Positions 51,009 through 61,509 of a stretch of 64,000 nt of DNA are shown piece after piece; within the stretch, counting starts at the first letter, position 1, and every line of letters starts with the position of its first letter. A program made the translations under genes and the position numbers. The stretch lies in assembly GCA_963826785.1 (NCBI GenBank), contig CAWGYD010000009.1:6857-70856 (forward strand). The letters are read 5' to 3'. The notes under the pieces were generated by a model, which did no database searches, was not told the origin of the DNA, and saw nothing but the letters and a program-made list of their open reading frames with translations. This DNA comes from an uncultured delta proteobacterium (GTDB lineage Bacteria; Desulfobacterota; Desulfobacteria; Desulfobacterales; Desulfosalsimonadaceae).

Positions 51009-51473
51009 ATGAAAGCTGTTCCCGGAGGTTCCTTCGACATCAGATTCATCCAGATCCTGATGATTGCCGCTGTCGCCTTCGCGCCCGTTTTTTTTGCCGG
51101 ATGCACGACCACCCAGAAGGGTTACAGCGGCCCCTATCGGCAAGCCGGTGAAGTGGCCTATCTTCAACCCGACCGGGAGAAGGCATTTACGCATGTGGCC
51201 ATCCTGTCGGTGGATGGCATCAAATGGAGCTATTTGGATTCACGATTCGAAATCCTGCCCGGCCCGCACCAAGTGGATGTCCGGATTACGCTCGATTATC
51301 CCTACCTGGATGAACCCCTTTCCTTTCGCCAGGATATCTCATTTGAAACCGAAGCGGCCCAGACATACACTATTCATGGCAAAATCGAACCCATCTTCCG
51401 AACAGGTGATATCTGGGTCACCTCCGACCAGACACCCGGCGAATCGATGGCCAAATGGCACAGTTCCTTCTGA
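51009..51473 (+). CDS. hypothetical lipoprotein
   Basis: GGAGGA lies 6 nt before ATG 51009. Signal peptide with lipobox FFAGC. Confidence 0.65.
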   Translation: MKAVPGGSFDIRFIQILMIAAVAFAPVFFAGCTTTQKGYSGPYRQAGEVAYLQPDREKAFTHVAILSVDGIKWSYLDSRFEILPGPHQVDVRITLDYPYLDEPLSFRQDISFETEAAQTYTIHGKIEPIFRTGDIWVTSDQTPGESMAKWHSSF

Positions 51474-51566
51474 AAAAGTGCTGCCCGGATGCACTGTTTC
51501 CGACTTTTTTGCGATTTCATCAATTCTGCATCGTTTGAATCAGGTGTTTAGACCGATCTGGCAGAA

Positions 51567-51607
51567 AATAAAAGGGGCGGCCTTTTTAACGAGGTCGCCC
51601 CTTTTTT
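51567..51607. terminator. bidirectional intrinsic terminator
   Basis: A-run, GGGGCGGCC-N10-GGTCGCCCC, then T6. Confidence 0.65.
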
Positions 51608-51628
51608 CTCAAATTTGGATGTCAAATA

Positions 51629-51847
51629 TTACTCTGAGCCGGGCTTATACTTGAAGGAGAGTCTGACCGTTGCCCTGAAGAGCGCGACCTTTCCATCTTC
51701 GAGTTTCATGTCCAGATCCTTGATTTCAGCAACCCGCGTATCCCTTAAAGACTTGGATGCGGTTTCCACGGCGGCTCTGGCGGCATCCTCCCAGGATGTG
51801 GCACTGGTCCCGACCATTTCAATGAATTTGTACACACTGTCACTCAT
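51629..51847 (-). CDS. dodecin-family flavin-binding protein
   Basis: MSDSVYKFIEMVGTSATSWEDAARAAVETASKSLRDTRVAEIKDLDMKLEDGKV, 72 aa. AAGGAGGGG upstream. Confidence 0.8.
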   Translation of the reverse strand: MSDSVYKFIEMVGTSATSWEDAARAAVETASKSLRDTRVAEIKDLDMKLEDGKVALFRATVRLSFKYKPGSE

Positions 51848-52086
51848 AATCCCCTCCTTGCATTTAGTTGGGTTTACAGCCGGCCCCTGCAAAAACACAT
51901 CTGCAAAAGCCCCGGATTCTTAAAGAGAAAAGCTCCGGTAAATTTACAGAAAGGGTAACCATCAGACGTTTTCATATCAAATAAGGCGGCACGCTTAGTC
52001 ATAATAAGCATATGATATTCAATTGTTTTTTGAAATATTTCGCAAGCCTTGCATTCACCGGAGCCTGTGCTTATATTCAGTGCACT

Positions 52087-53892
52087 ATGAAAACTGAAAA
52101 TGAAAAAACACCCAATCCGAACGAGATCGAAAAAGAGATCGGCGATTTTCTGAGCCGCAAATATGGAAACCAGGTCAAACTGGTGTCGCCGTTTGCCATG
52201 CCGGAGGAAAACCGCTCCGAAACAGATGATTTTTCCGCAAAGAAAGGGCGGGGTTTCAACACGGAATTAAAACCCGAGGAACTGATCGCCCATCTTGACC
52301 AGTATATCATCAAGCAGGATATGGCCAAAAAGATCCTGTCCACCAAAATCTGCACCCATTACAACCGCATCCGGCGCCGCGAACAGGGCCAGATCCCGGA
52401 AATCACCGGCAACATCAAGAACAACGTGCTGATGATCGGCCCCACGGGCGTGGGAAAGACCTACATGATCAAATTGATCGCCAAGAAGATCGGCGTCCCT
52501 TTCGTCAAGGGCGATGCCACCAAATTCAGCGAAACCGGATATGTGGGCGGGGATGTGGAAGACCTGGTGCGGGACCTGGTCCGCGAAGCCGACAACGACA
52601 TCGAGGCGGCCCAGTGCGGCATCATCTACATCGATGAAATCGACAAAATTGCTTCCAGCCATAATCTGGTCGGCGCCGATGTGTCACGCACCGGTGTGCA
52701 GCGGGCGCTGCTCAAACCCATGGAAGAAACGGACGTCGAGCTCAAAGTCCCCCATGATCCCATCTCCATGATCCAGGAAGTGGAGCAGTTCAGAAAGACC
52801 GGCAAGCGGGAAAAACGCTCGGTCAACACGAAAAACATCCTGTTCATCATGAGCGGGGCTTTCGGGGAATTGCCGGAAATCATCCGAAAAAGAACCCAGT
52901 CCCAGGGGATCGGTTTCGGCGCCCAGATGAGCCGGCCGGCAGATAAATCCGAAATTTTAAAGGCCACCAAGGCGGAAGACCTGATCGCCTTCGGGTTCGA
53001 ATCCGAATTCGTGGGGCGGCTGCCGGTAAAGGCCGTGTTTTCGGAACTCAAGGAAAACGATCTGCTCGAAATTCTTCGAAACCCGAATAACCCGGTGATC
53101 CTGAGCAAAAAACTCGATTTTTCCACCTATGGGGTCGATATCAAATTCTCGGATGAAGCATTGAAGATGCTGGCCCGTAAAGCCTGCCAGGAGAATACCG
53201 GCGCGCGCGGACTGGTCAGCGTCATTGAAGAGGCATTGATGGATTTTGAAACCCACCTGCCCTCTTCCAGTATCCGGCACTTTCCGGTCACCCGTGAGGT
53301 GATCGATCATCCGGAAAAGACCCTTTCGGACTGGCTCAATGGCGGTGGGTCGGACCTTAGGGATGCGCAATACAACGGAATAATCGATGAGAATCAGAAC
53401 TTCATCAGGGCCTTTCTGAAGCAGAATCGCAAAAACGTGGTGATCCAGTACGGCATGCCGCTGACCGATTATCGTATCGAGCGGATCGCCGAATACTACA
53501 GCTTCCATGTCACCGAAATCGGAAATGCCGTCAACCGGATCAAGGCCTATTATGACCGGATCAAAAAACTGGAAATCGATTTTTACAACAAACACGACAT
53601 CAACATCGTTCTGGAAGAGGATGCCGTCGATTACCTCATGGACGGACTCATTGTCCGCTCAGCTGACGTCAAAGCCGTCTATGAGAAGATCGTGGCGGAT
53701 TTTGAATTCGGACTGAAGCTGATCCAGGAGAAAACCGGCCGGAACCGGTTCTTCATCCCCCGGCAGGCACTGGATGAACCGGAAACATTCCTCAACCAGA
53801 TCATCCGGAGTGAATTCAATAAAACCAACGGTGAAATCCCCTTTTCAATTAACCCCATCAATTATGATTCTTCTGGAAATAAACCACTTTAG
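52087..53892 (+). CDS. ClpX/HslU-like AAA+ ATPase lacking the zinc-finger N-domain, with a ~200-aa C-terminal extension
   Basis: LDQYIIKQDMAKK...LMIGPTGVGKTYM...GIIYIDEIDKI...ILFIMSGAF...NTGARGL. Confidence 0.85.
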   Translation: MKTENEKTPNPNEIEKEIGDFLSRKYGNQVKLVSPFAMPEENRSETDDFSAKKGRGFNTELKPEELIAHLDQYIIKQDMAKKILSTKICTHYNRIRRREQGQIPEITGNIKNNVLMIGPTGVGKTYMIKLIAKKIGVPFVKGDATKFSETGYVGGDVEDLVRDLVREADNDIEAAQCGIIYIDEIDKIASSHNLVGADVSRTGVQRALLKPMEETDVELKVPHDPISMIQEVEQFRKTGKREKRSVNTKNILFIMSGAFGELPEIIRKRTQSQGIGFGAQMSRPADKSEILKATKAEDLIAFGFESEFVGRLPVKAVFSELKENDLLEILRNPNNPVILSKKLDFSTYGVDIKFSDEALKMLARKACQENTGARGLVSVIEEALMDFETHLPSSSIRHFPVTREVIDHPEKTLSDWLNGGGSDLRDAQYNGIIDENQNFIRAFLKQNRKNVVIQYGMPLTDYRIERIAEYYSFHVTEIGNAVNRIKAYYDRIKKLEIDFYNKHDINIVLEEDAVDYLMDGLIVRSADVKAVYEKIVADFEFGLKLIQEKTGRNRFFIPRQALDEPETFLNQIIRSEFNKTNGEIPFSINPINYDSSGNKPL

Positions 53893-54026
53893 ATAGCCAA
53901 TAGGGATTGACGGCATCGAATTTGGTTGATACAGGATACATCTCGTGGTTGCGGCAAGAGCAGCTTTGCCGCAACTGTTCTGCCCCATGATCAACACGGG
54001 TGAATGCCCGAACGGAGTATACATTT

Positions 54027-55208
54027 ATGATCGGAATATCCAAACTCTATTGCGGCACGGTTGAACCCTCCGATGCCCTTCGCTACGGCCGCCAATCCAA
54101 GGAACTGCCTTCCCACCTGCTTCAGTTTTCCGCAGACAAGAAGCCGGTGGTGGTGTGGAATATCACCCAGACCTGCAATCTCAAATGCGTTCATTGCTAT
54201 GCCCATGCCAAGGCCCGGCAGCAGGACAACGAACTGAGCACCTTAGAAGGAAAGCGCGTCATCGATGACCTGGCCGATTTCGGCGCCCCGGTCATCCTGT
54301 TTTCCGGCGGCGAACCCCTGATGCGAAAGGACCTCCCCGAACTCGCCGCATATGCGGTGTCAAAGGGGATGCGGGCGGTTATCTCCACCAACGGAACGCT
54401 CATCGACGCGGACACCGCGCGCATGCTCAAGGATATCGGACTTTCATACGTGGGGATCAGCCTGGACGGGATGAAAGCCATCAACGACAAGTTCCGCGGG
54501 GTGGACGGGGCCTTTGAGGCCGCCCTCAGGGGAATCGACAACTGCCAGAACGCCGGCATCAAGGTGGGGCTGCGGTTCACCATCAACCGCTTCAACGCCG
54601 GAGAAGTCCCCGCCCTGTTTGATGTCCTGGAGGAGCGCGACGTCCCCCGCATCTGTTTTTACCACCTGGTATACGCCGGCAGGGGGTCGGGCCTGGTCAA
54701 CGACGATCTCACCCATGAGCAGACCCGAAAGACCGTGGACCTGATCATCGACCGGACCCTTCGCCTGCACGAGGCGGGCAAATCCAAGGAGGTGCTCACC
54801 GTGGACAACCATGCGGACGGCCCCTACCTTTACCTTCGCATGCTCAGGGAAAACTCCCCCCGGGCAAAGGAAGTGCTGGAATTGCTCCAGATGAACGAGG
54901 GGAATAATTCCGGCCGGGGCATCGGCTGCATCTCCTGGGACGGTCGTGTGCATGCCGACCAGTTCTGGCGTCACGAGAGTTTCGGCAATGTCCGGCAGCG
55001 CCCTTTTTCAGAAATCTGGACCGACCTGTCCAATCCGCTGATGGAAAAACTAAAAGACAAGAAGCGCCATGTCACCGGCCGGTGCGCCAAATGCCGCTGG
55101 CTGGATATCTGCGGCGGCAATTTCCGCGTCCGGGCCGAAGCCGTCACCGGCGACCTGTGGGCCCCGGACCCGGCCTGTTACCTGTCGGATGAAGAAATCG
55201 CCAAATAA
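54027..55208 (+). CDS. ahbC: radical SAM/SPASM NirJ-family enzyme, probable Fe-coproporphyrin III synthase
   Basis: NITQTCNLKCVHCYA...C-terminal CAKCRWLDICGGNFRVRA. Arrangement with hemB and a second NirJ-like gene resembles the Desulfovibrio ahb locus. Confidence 0.75.
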   Translation: MIGISKLYCGTVEPSDALRYGRQSKELPSHLLQFSADKKPVVVWNITQTCNLKCVHCYAHAKARQQDNELSTLEGKRVIDDLADFGAPVILFSGGEPLMRKDLPELAAYAVSKGMRAVISTNGTLIDADTARMLKDIGLSYVGISLDGMKAINDKFRGVDGAFEAALRGIDNCQNAGIKVGLRFTINRFNAGEVPALFDVLEERDVPRICFYHLVYAGRGSGLVNDDLTHEQTRKTVDLIIDRTLRLHEAGKSKEVLTVDNHADGPYLYLRMLRENSPRAKEVLELLQMNEGNNSGRGIGCISWDGRVHADQFWRHESFGNVRQRPFSEIWTDLSNPLMEKLKDKKRHVTGRCAKCRWLDICGGNFRVRAEAVTGDLWAPDPACYLSDEEIAK

Positions 55209-55220
55209 AGGATTCCGCCA

Positions 55221-56201
55221 ATGCAATTTCCTGAATATCGCGCCCGGCGCCTGAGGCAGAACAGCGGCTTCAGGCGGATGATCCGGGAAACCCGGCTTTC
55301 TCCGGACGACCTGATTCTCCCGGTATTTGCCGCGCCGGGTAAAAACGTGGAAAACCCGATTCCTTCCATGCCGGGCCACGCCCAGCTTTCCGTGGACAAT
55401 CTGATCAAAAAGGTTCTCGAGGCCAAACGCCTGCGCATTCCCGCGGTGATGGTGTTCGGCATACCGGAGAAAAAGGATGCACTGGCCACCCGGGCGTATG
55501 CCAAAGACGGCATCGTCCAGCGGGCGGTAAAGGAAATCAAGAACAAGGTGCCGGACATGATCGTGATCACGGATGTGTGTCTGTGCCAATATATGGATCA
55601 CGGCCACTGCGGTGTGGTGGAAAAAGGCGTTATCGCAAACGACGCATCCCTCGACCTTTTGGCCCGGACCGCGGTTTCCCATGCCGGCGCCGGTGCGGAT
55701 ATGGTGGCCCCGTCGGACATGATGGACGGCCGGGTGGCGGTGATCCGGGAAGCCCTGGATGACGATGGCCATTTCAATACGCCCATCATGAGCTATGCCG
55801 TCAAATACTGTTCGGCCTATTACGGACCATTCCGGGAAGCCGCCCATTCCGCCCCGCAGTTCGGGGATCGGCGGACCTACCAGATGGACCCGGCAAACGC
55901 GCTGGAAGCCATCCGGGAGGCGACTTTAGATATCGAAGAAGGGGCCGACATCATCATGGTCAAGCCCGCCCTTCCCTACCTGGATATCATCTGCCGGCTG
56001 CGCGATGAGCTCGATCTTCCCCTGGCCGCCTACAACGTGAGCGGCGAATACGCCATGGTCAAGGCCGCGGCCGAAAACGGCTGGATCGACGGCGAAAAGG
56101 TCATGATGGAATCCTTGACCGGCATCAAAAGGGCCGGCGCGGATATGATCCTGACCTACTTCGCCCTGGAAGCGGCAACATTTCTGGAAGAAAACCGGTA
56201 A
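55221..56201 (+). CDS. hemB: porphobilinogen synthase
   Basis: [16 protein letters not shown]...[14 protein letters not shown]...[11 protein letters not shown]...YNVSGEYAM. Confidence 0.96.
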   Translation: MQFPEYRARRLRQNSGFRRMIRETRLSPDDLILPVFAAPGKNVENPIPSMPGHAQLSVDNLIKKVLEAKRLRIPAVMVFGIPEKKDALATRAYAKDGIVQRAVKEIKNKVPDMIVITDVCLCQYMDHGHCGVVEKGVIANDASLDLLARTAVSHAGAGADMVAPSDMMDGRVAVIREALDDDGHFNTPIMSYAVKYCSAYYGPFREAAHSAPQFGDRRTYQMDPANALEAIREATLDIEEGADIIMVKPALPYLDIICRLRDELDLPLAAYNVSGEYAMVKAAAENGWIDGEKVMMESLTGIKRAGADMILTYFALEAATFLEENR

Positions 56202-56323
56202 AAAATAATTTTCTGAAATCACGGCTTCATGCTGCTTCGAGACCTTCGGGGGTAGAAACATTCCTCAATTTTGCCAAGAAGGCGAAGCACGCGAAGCGAT
56301 GTACTGATAGGGAGCAAAATTCA

Positions 56324-57438
56324 TTGACTGAACCCGGCCACCCCCACTCGCACGGACATCCCGGAGCACCTGAAAACAAAGGCGAAAAATTTCCCCTGCG
56401 GCTGGTCGCCTGGGAAACCACCCGGAACTGCAATCTAAGCTGCGTCCACTGCCGGGCGGCTGCCACCTGCGGCCCCTATACCGGTGAACTCGACACCGTC
56501 GCATCCCTTGCCCTGCTCGATGAAATCGCCCTGCTGGGGCGTCCCATCGTGATCCTGACCGGCGGCGAACCGCTGCTCCGGGAGGACATATTCAAGATTG
56601 CATCCCATGGCACCGAAAAGGGCCTGCGCATGGTAATGGCGCCCAACGGGACCCTGATCACCCCTGACATGGCCCGACGGATGGCGGAATCGGGAATTCA
56701 GCGGATCAGCGTCAGCCTGGACGGGGCCACCCGGGAGCGGCATGATGCCTTTCGCGGGGTGGACGGTGCATTTGAAGGCGCGCTGCGGGGAATTCATGCC
56801 GCCAAAGATGCCGGCATCGAATTTCAGGTCAATACCACCATCACCAAACTCAATCACGACCAGATCCCCGAAATCCTGAAAATGGCGGAGCGTCTAGGGG
56901 CCGTGGCCCTGCACATTTTCCTGCTGGTCCCCACCGGCCGGGGCAAATACATTATCGACAAGGAAATTTCAGCCCAGGAATACGAGGCCACCTTAAACTG
57001 GTTTTATGATCAGAAGGATAAGACGCCGCTTCAGCTCAAGGCCACCTGCGCCCCCCACTACTATCGCATCCTCCGGCAGCGGGCCCGTCAGGACGGCCGC
57101 TCCGTGACATTTGAAAGCCACGGCCTGGACGCGGTCACCCGGGGCTGCCTGGGGGGACGGGGTTCTGCTTCATTTCCCATACCGGCATCGTCCAGCCCTG
57201 CGGATTTCTGGACCTCAACTGCGGGGACGTGACCCGGACGCCGTTTTCACAAATCTGGCGCCAATCGGAAACTTTTGCGGCCCTGCGCGATTACAGCCGG
57301 CTGCAGGGCAAATGCGGTCTCTGCGAATTCAAATCCGTGTGCGGCGGCTGCAGGGCCCGGGCATACGAAGCCACCGGCGATTTTCTGGCCCAGGAGCCGC
57401 TGTGCGATTATCAACCGGGAAAAGGCCGACCGGAGTAG
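56324..57438 (+). CDS. ahbD: radical SAM/SPASM NirJ-family enzyme, probable haem b synthase, reading frame broken once at the G6 run 57151-57156
   Basis: ETTRNCNLSCVHCRA. After the break: GFCFISHTGIVQPCGFL...CGLCEFKSVCGGCRARAY (ORF 57229..57438 frame). TTG start. Confidence 0.72.
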
Positions 57439-57443
57439 CGGCA

Positions 57444-58076
57444 ATGGATGTCATACAGATCTATCTGCCCCGCATGGAAAATTTTGCCTACCTTGCGGCA
57501 GACCCGGCCTCTATGACCTGCGCCGTCATCGACCCGGCCTTCGATCCGGAAAAAATCCTCAAAGAAGCCCGGAAATTGGGCTATCGCATCACCCATGTCA
57601 TCAACACCCACGGCCATATGGATCACACCGCGGGCAATGCCGCCATCATCGAGCAGACCGGGGCTACGCTTTGCATCCACCAGGCGGATGCCGATGCGGT
57701 ATCCAAGTTTTTCAACCGCACCGTTTCCCGGCTGCTGGGGGGCAAAGGGTCGCCGCCGCCGGGTCTGCTGCTTACCGACAATGACCGGATCCCCATCGGC
57801 CAGTCCGCGCTTCAGGTGATCCACACCCCCGGACACACATTAGGTTCCATCTGCCTCTATACCCCCGGCCACATCTTTACCGGCGACACCCTGTTCGTTG
57901 GGGCCGTCGGACGCACCGACCTTGCCGGCGGATCCCACCGCCAACTCATAGAGTCCGTTAAAAACCGCATCTACACCCTTGCCGGCGATACCATCGTCTG
58001 GCCCGGCCATGACTACGGCGACACCCCATCTTCCACCGTCGACATCCAGAGGCGCGAAAATCCGTTTACCCTGTAG
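57444..58076 (+). CDS. MBL-fold hydrolase (hydroxyacylglutathione hydrolase-like)
   Basis: VINTHGHMDHTAGN...HTPGHTLGS...TGDTLF...PGHDYG. Confidence 0.88.
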   Translation: MDVIQIYLPRMENFAYLAADPASMTCAVIDPAFDPEKILKEARKLGYRITHVINTHGHMDHTAGNAAIIEQTGATLCIHQADADAVSKFFNRTVSRLLGGKGSPPPGLLLTDNDRIPIGQSALQVIHTPGHTLGSICLYTPGHIFTGDTLFVGAVGRTDLAGGSHRQLIESVKNRIYTLAGDTIVWPGHDYGDTPSSTVDIQRRENPFTL

Positions 58077-58266
58077 ATTATTTGCGGTAAAGTGAATCAC
58101 TTTCTGATAAGGAAAGTGGAAACAGATTTTTCCGGCGCACGCACCATCTGCTGACACCATCTAAAAAATTCATCCCGAAGAATTTTGCCTGGAAAAATCC
58201 CGCTGCCGGAAAAAATTTAGTCACAGCCGTGTAAGCACCAATCACTTCTCATTCCAGATTGAACAG

Positions 58267-59286
58267 ATGATGGATACCGCAGCACTGACCCCGGAACAGA
58301 TGGCCGGGCAACGGATCATGGCCGGGTTTACCGGAACGGAATTTGACTCCGAATTGTCGTTTCTGATCGGCAGGCTGAACGTCGGCGGGATCATCCTGTT
58401 TGCCCGAAACATCGTCTCGCGCAGCCAGGTCCGCAGACTCTGCGATGACGCACAGGCCCATGCCCGTGCCTGCGGCCTGCCGCCGCTGTTTATTGCCGTG
58501 GACCAGGAAGGCGGACCGGTGGCCCGGCTGCGGCCGCCCCAATTTTCCGACATGCCGGGTGCGGCCGATATCCGCACCGAAGCCGACGCACTTAACTGGG
58601 CGGCCTCCGCATCCAAAATGCTCATTGAAGCCGGGTTCAACATGAACATGGCCCCGGTGCTGGATATCGCACCCGAAGGATTTGACAGCATCATGGCCAC
58701 CCGGGCGCTCGGCCCTGCCCCCCAAATCGTTGCCGAACTGGGAACACGGATGATTTCCGGCCTGCAGGAAAACGCCATTATGGCCGTGGCCAAGCATTTC
58801 CCGGGCATCGGGCGAACCCGTCTCGACTCCCACCTGGATCTGCCGGAATCCGATATTTCCGAAAACGACCTTACCCGGTTTGACATGATCCCTTTCTATG
58901 CGGCCAAAAGGGCCGGGGTATGCGGCATGATGCTCTCCCACATTCTATACAGGCAAATCGACCCGGACTGGCCGGCAAGCCTGTCTGCTGAAATTACGAA
59001 TCGCCTGCTTCGGGAAAAAGCGGGGTTCGGGGGCCTGGTCATCACCGATGACCTGGATATGGGGGCCATTAAAAACCACTATCCCATAGAGACCGTTATC
59101 GACCGGATTCTTGCCGCCGGCATCGATATCGCCCTGATCTGCCACACCCGGGCCGATATGGAAAACGCTTTTGACCGCATCATGAAACGTTGTGCCGATG
59201 ATGCATCCATCCGGGCCGAATCTCTTGCCTGCACCGGCCGGATACTGAATGTAAAGGAAATCTTCTTATCCGCAAAACCGAAATGA
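58267..59286 (+). CDS. nagZ: beta-N-acetylhexosaminidase (GH3)
   Basis: GGIILFARN...AVDQEGGPVARL...KHFPGIGRTRLDSHLDLP. Confidence 0.9.
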   Translation: MMDTAALTPEQMAGQRIMAGFTGTEFDSELSFLIGRLNVGGIILFARNIVSRSQVRRLCDDAQAHARACGLPPLFIAVDQEGGPVARLRPPQFSDMPGAADIRTEADALNWAASASKMLIEAGFNMNMAPVLDIAPEGFDSIMATRALGPAPQIVAELGTRMISGLQENAIMAVAKHFPGIGRTRLDSHLDLPESDISENDLTRFDMIPFYAAKRAGVCGMMLSHILYRQIDPDWPASLSAEITNRLLREKAGFGGLVITDDLDMGAIKNHYPIETVIDRILAAGIDIALICHTRADMENAFDRIMKRCADDASIRAESLACTGRILNVKEIFLSAKPK

Positions 59287-59387
59287 ATTTCCTTGAAGGG
59301 ACAAGCGATGATCTCTCTATTAGGTTCATTTCGCGTCTTTGCGGGGGAAAAACGTTTAAACCATCACATGAATGAGGGAGGGGAATA

Positions 59388-60947
59388 ATGAACCGGACGG
59401 AAATGTGCGCACGGATTAAAAACATGGACCAGCCGTGGGATTTCGTGATCATCGGCGGAGGGGCCACCGGGCTGGGGTGCGCCATCGAGGCGGCATCCAG
59501 GGGATACCACACCCTGCTGCTGGAGCAGGAGGACTTTGCCAAGGGGACTTCCAGCCGGAGCACCAAGCTGGTCCACGGCGGGGTTCGCTATCTGCAGCAG
59601 GGAAATGTCTCACTGGTGCTCGAAGCCTTAAAAGAGCGCGGCCTGCTGAGGAAAAACGCCCCGCACCTGGTGCACAACCTCCAGTTCGTGGTGCCCAGCT
59701 TCGACTGGTGGGAGGGCCCCTTCTACGGCATCGGGCTGAAAATGTACGATCTGCTGGCCGGCAAGCACGGATTCGGACACTCCAAGTTCCTGTCCCAGGA
59801 AAAAACCATCAAACACCTGCCCACCGTTGAGACCAAGGGCCTGCGGGGGGGGGTGGTCTACTCCGACGGGCAGTTCGATGATGCGCGCCTGGCCATCAAC
59901 ATGGCCCAGACCGCCGCGGACCAGTCCGCCACCGTGCTCAATTACATCAAGGTCGTAGGGCTGATCCGGGAAAATGATCTCATTGCCGGAGTCCTGGCCA
60001 GGGATACGGAAACCGGGGAGGAGTATGAAATCCGCAGTCGGGCGGTCATCAACGCCACCGGTGTGTTCACGGATGTGATCCGAAAGATGGATGATCCCAA
60101 CGCTCCCAAGATGATCACCCTGAGCCAGGGGGTGCATATCGTGCTGGACAAATCATTTCTCCCGGGCGAGAGCGCCATCATGGTCCCCCATACCGCCGAC
60201 GGACGGGTGCTGTTCGCCACCCCCTGGCACGGCAAGGTGATCGTGGGCACCACCGATACCCCGGTGGACAAAATCGAACTGGAACCCAAGCCGCTGGAAG
60301 AAGAACTCGAATTCTTGATCTCCCATGCCGCCAAGTATTTGACGGAAGATCCCAACCCTTCGGACATCTTGAGCATGTTCGCCGGTCTGCGTCCCCTGGT
60401 GAGCCAGAACTCCGGGAGCAGCACCGCGGAAATTTCCCGGGACCACACGCTCCATATTTCCCGTTCCGGCCTGGTGACCATCACCGGCGGAAAGTGGACC
60501 ACCTACCGCAAAATGGCCGAGGACACCCTGGACCAGGCCATACTGGTGGCCCGATTGGATGAAAAACCGTCGGTCACCAAGGATCTGCCCATTCACGGGT
60601 ATCATAATCGGGCCGAAAAATTCGGGGACCTGGCCATTTACGGCTCGGATGCCACGGCCATCCAGGACCTGGTAAACGGCCGCGATGACTTGAAGGAAAA
60701 GCTGCATTCAAAGTTTTCCACCATGGCGGCCGAAGTCGTCTGGGCCGTGCGGCATGAAATGGCACGCAGCGTGGAGGATTTCCTGTCCCGCCGGACACGG
60801 GCCCTGCTGCTGGACGCCCGGGCCAGCATGGAAATGGCCCCGAAAGTGGCATCGCTCATGGCCTCCGAACTGGACCGTGACGATCAGTGGGCCGCACAGC
60901 AGGTAAATGATTATCAAAACCTGGCCAAAACGTATGTGATCGCATGA
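59388..60947 (+). CDS. glpD: FAD-dependent glycerol-3-phosphate dehydrogenase
   Basis: DFVIIGGGATGLGCAIEAASRG...GTSSRSTKLVHGGVRYL. Confidence 0.92.
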   Translation: MNRTEMCARIKNMDQPWDFVIIGGGATGLGCAIEAASRGYHTLLLEQEDFAKGTSSRSTKLVHGGVRYLQQGNVSLVLEALKERGLLRKNAPHLVHNLQFVVPSFDWWEGPFYGIGLKMYDLLAGKHGFGHSKFLSQEKTIKHLPTVETKGLRGGVVYSDGQFDDARLAINMAQTAADQSATVLNYIKVVGLIRENDLIAGVLARDTETGEEYEIRSRAVINATGVFTDVIRKMDDPNAPKMITLSQGVHIVLDKSFLPGESAIMVPHTADGRVLFATPWHGKVIVGTTDTPVDKIELEPKPLEEELEFLISHAAKYLTEDPNPSDILSMFAGLRPLVSQNSGSSTAEISRDHTLHISRSGLVTITGGKWTTYRKMAEDTLDQAILVARLDEKPSVTKDLPIHGYHNRAEKFGDLAIYGSDATAIQDLVNGRDDLKEKLHSKFSTMAAEVVWAVRHEMARSVEDFLSRRTRALLLDARASMEMAPKVASLMASELDRDDQWAAQQVNDYQNLAKTYVIA

Positions 60948-61015
60948 TCACCCCGGCCGCAGCGCTTGTACGGATTTGGAAAAAAGCGTTGGGTTTGACT
61001 TGATGTGAAAACACG

Positions 61016-61068
61016 CTTTCTCCCGCAAGGTCATCAAAAACGATGTTTTGCGTCCTTGCGGGAGAAGG
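61016..61068 (+). repeat. 15-bp hairpin of the TTGCG-repeat family
   Basis: CTTTCTCCCGCAAGG-N23-CCTTGCGGGAGAAGG. The right arm plus 8 nt resembles 41026-41048. Confidence 0.5.
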
Positions 61069-61115
61069 GTTGTGGAGACAAAAGCAAATGGGGAGAATCA
61101 GGCCGCTTGCCGATG

Positions 61116-61394
61116 TTATCGCTCGATGGCGCCAAGCTTCAGGGGTAGCCACCAGGTAAAACCGAATATCAGGGTGTTTGCAATGGTCCGCTCCAGTGCG
61201 ACCCCTTTTTCTTTTCCGATGGGGAGTGAAAATTGAAGTTCCAGGGGATGCAAAATGCCCCACCCTAGCAGGATCACCCACCAGAGGGTCCGGACAGCGC
61301 CGGGCTCGAAGGGAAACAGCAGGCCGAACAACGCAAATCCCCAGCCGGCAACGCTGCCCGCCATCATGAATTTCCAGAACGCCTCGTTTTTCAT
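61116..61394 (-). CDS. hypothetical small membrane protein (92 aa)
   Basis: Three predicted hydrophobic helices. Co-directional with the FNT gene. Confidence 0.5.
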   Translation of the reverse strand: MKNEAFWKFMMAGSVAGWGFALFGLLFPFEPGAVRTLWWVILLGWGILHPLELQFSLPIGKEKGVALERTIANTLIFGFTWWLPLKLGAIER

Positions 61395-61509
61395 CTTCGC
61401 CTCCCTTTTCAGCAGTGAAGTGCAAACCCGATTTTTTGCAAGATGAACAAGAATTTATTTCTGTTCGCCAGATTAATCGAAGCGGTTTGACCTGTCAAGA
61501 TAGGATGCG

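Noticed and set aside
56202-56323. Imperfect inverted repeat GCTTCATGCTGCTTCG ... CGAAGCACGCGAAGC in the hemB-ahbD spacer, as a riboswitch or regulatory RNA
   Set aside because: Only a short imperfect stem. It resembles no riboswitch core I know. It is more likely another degenerate REP-type hairpin. Not enough evidence to call.
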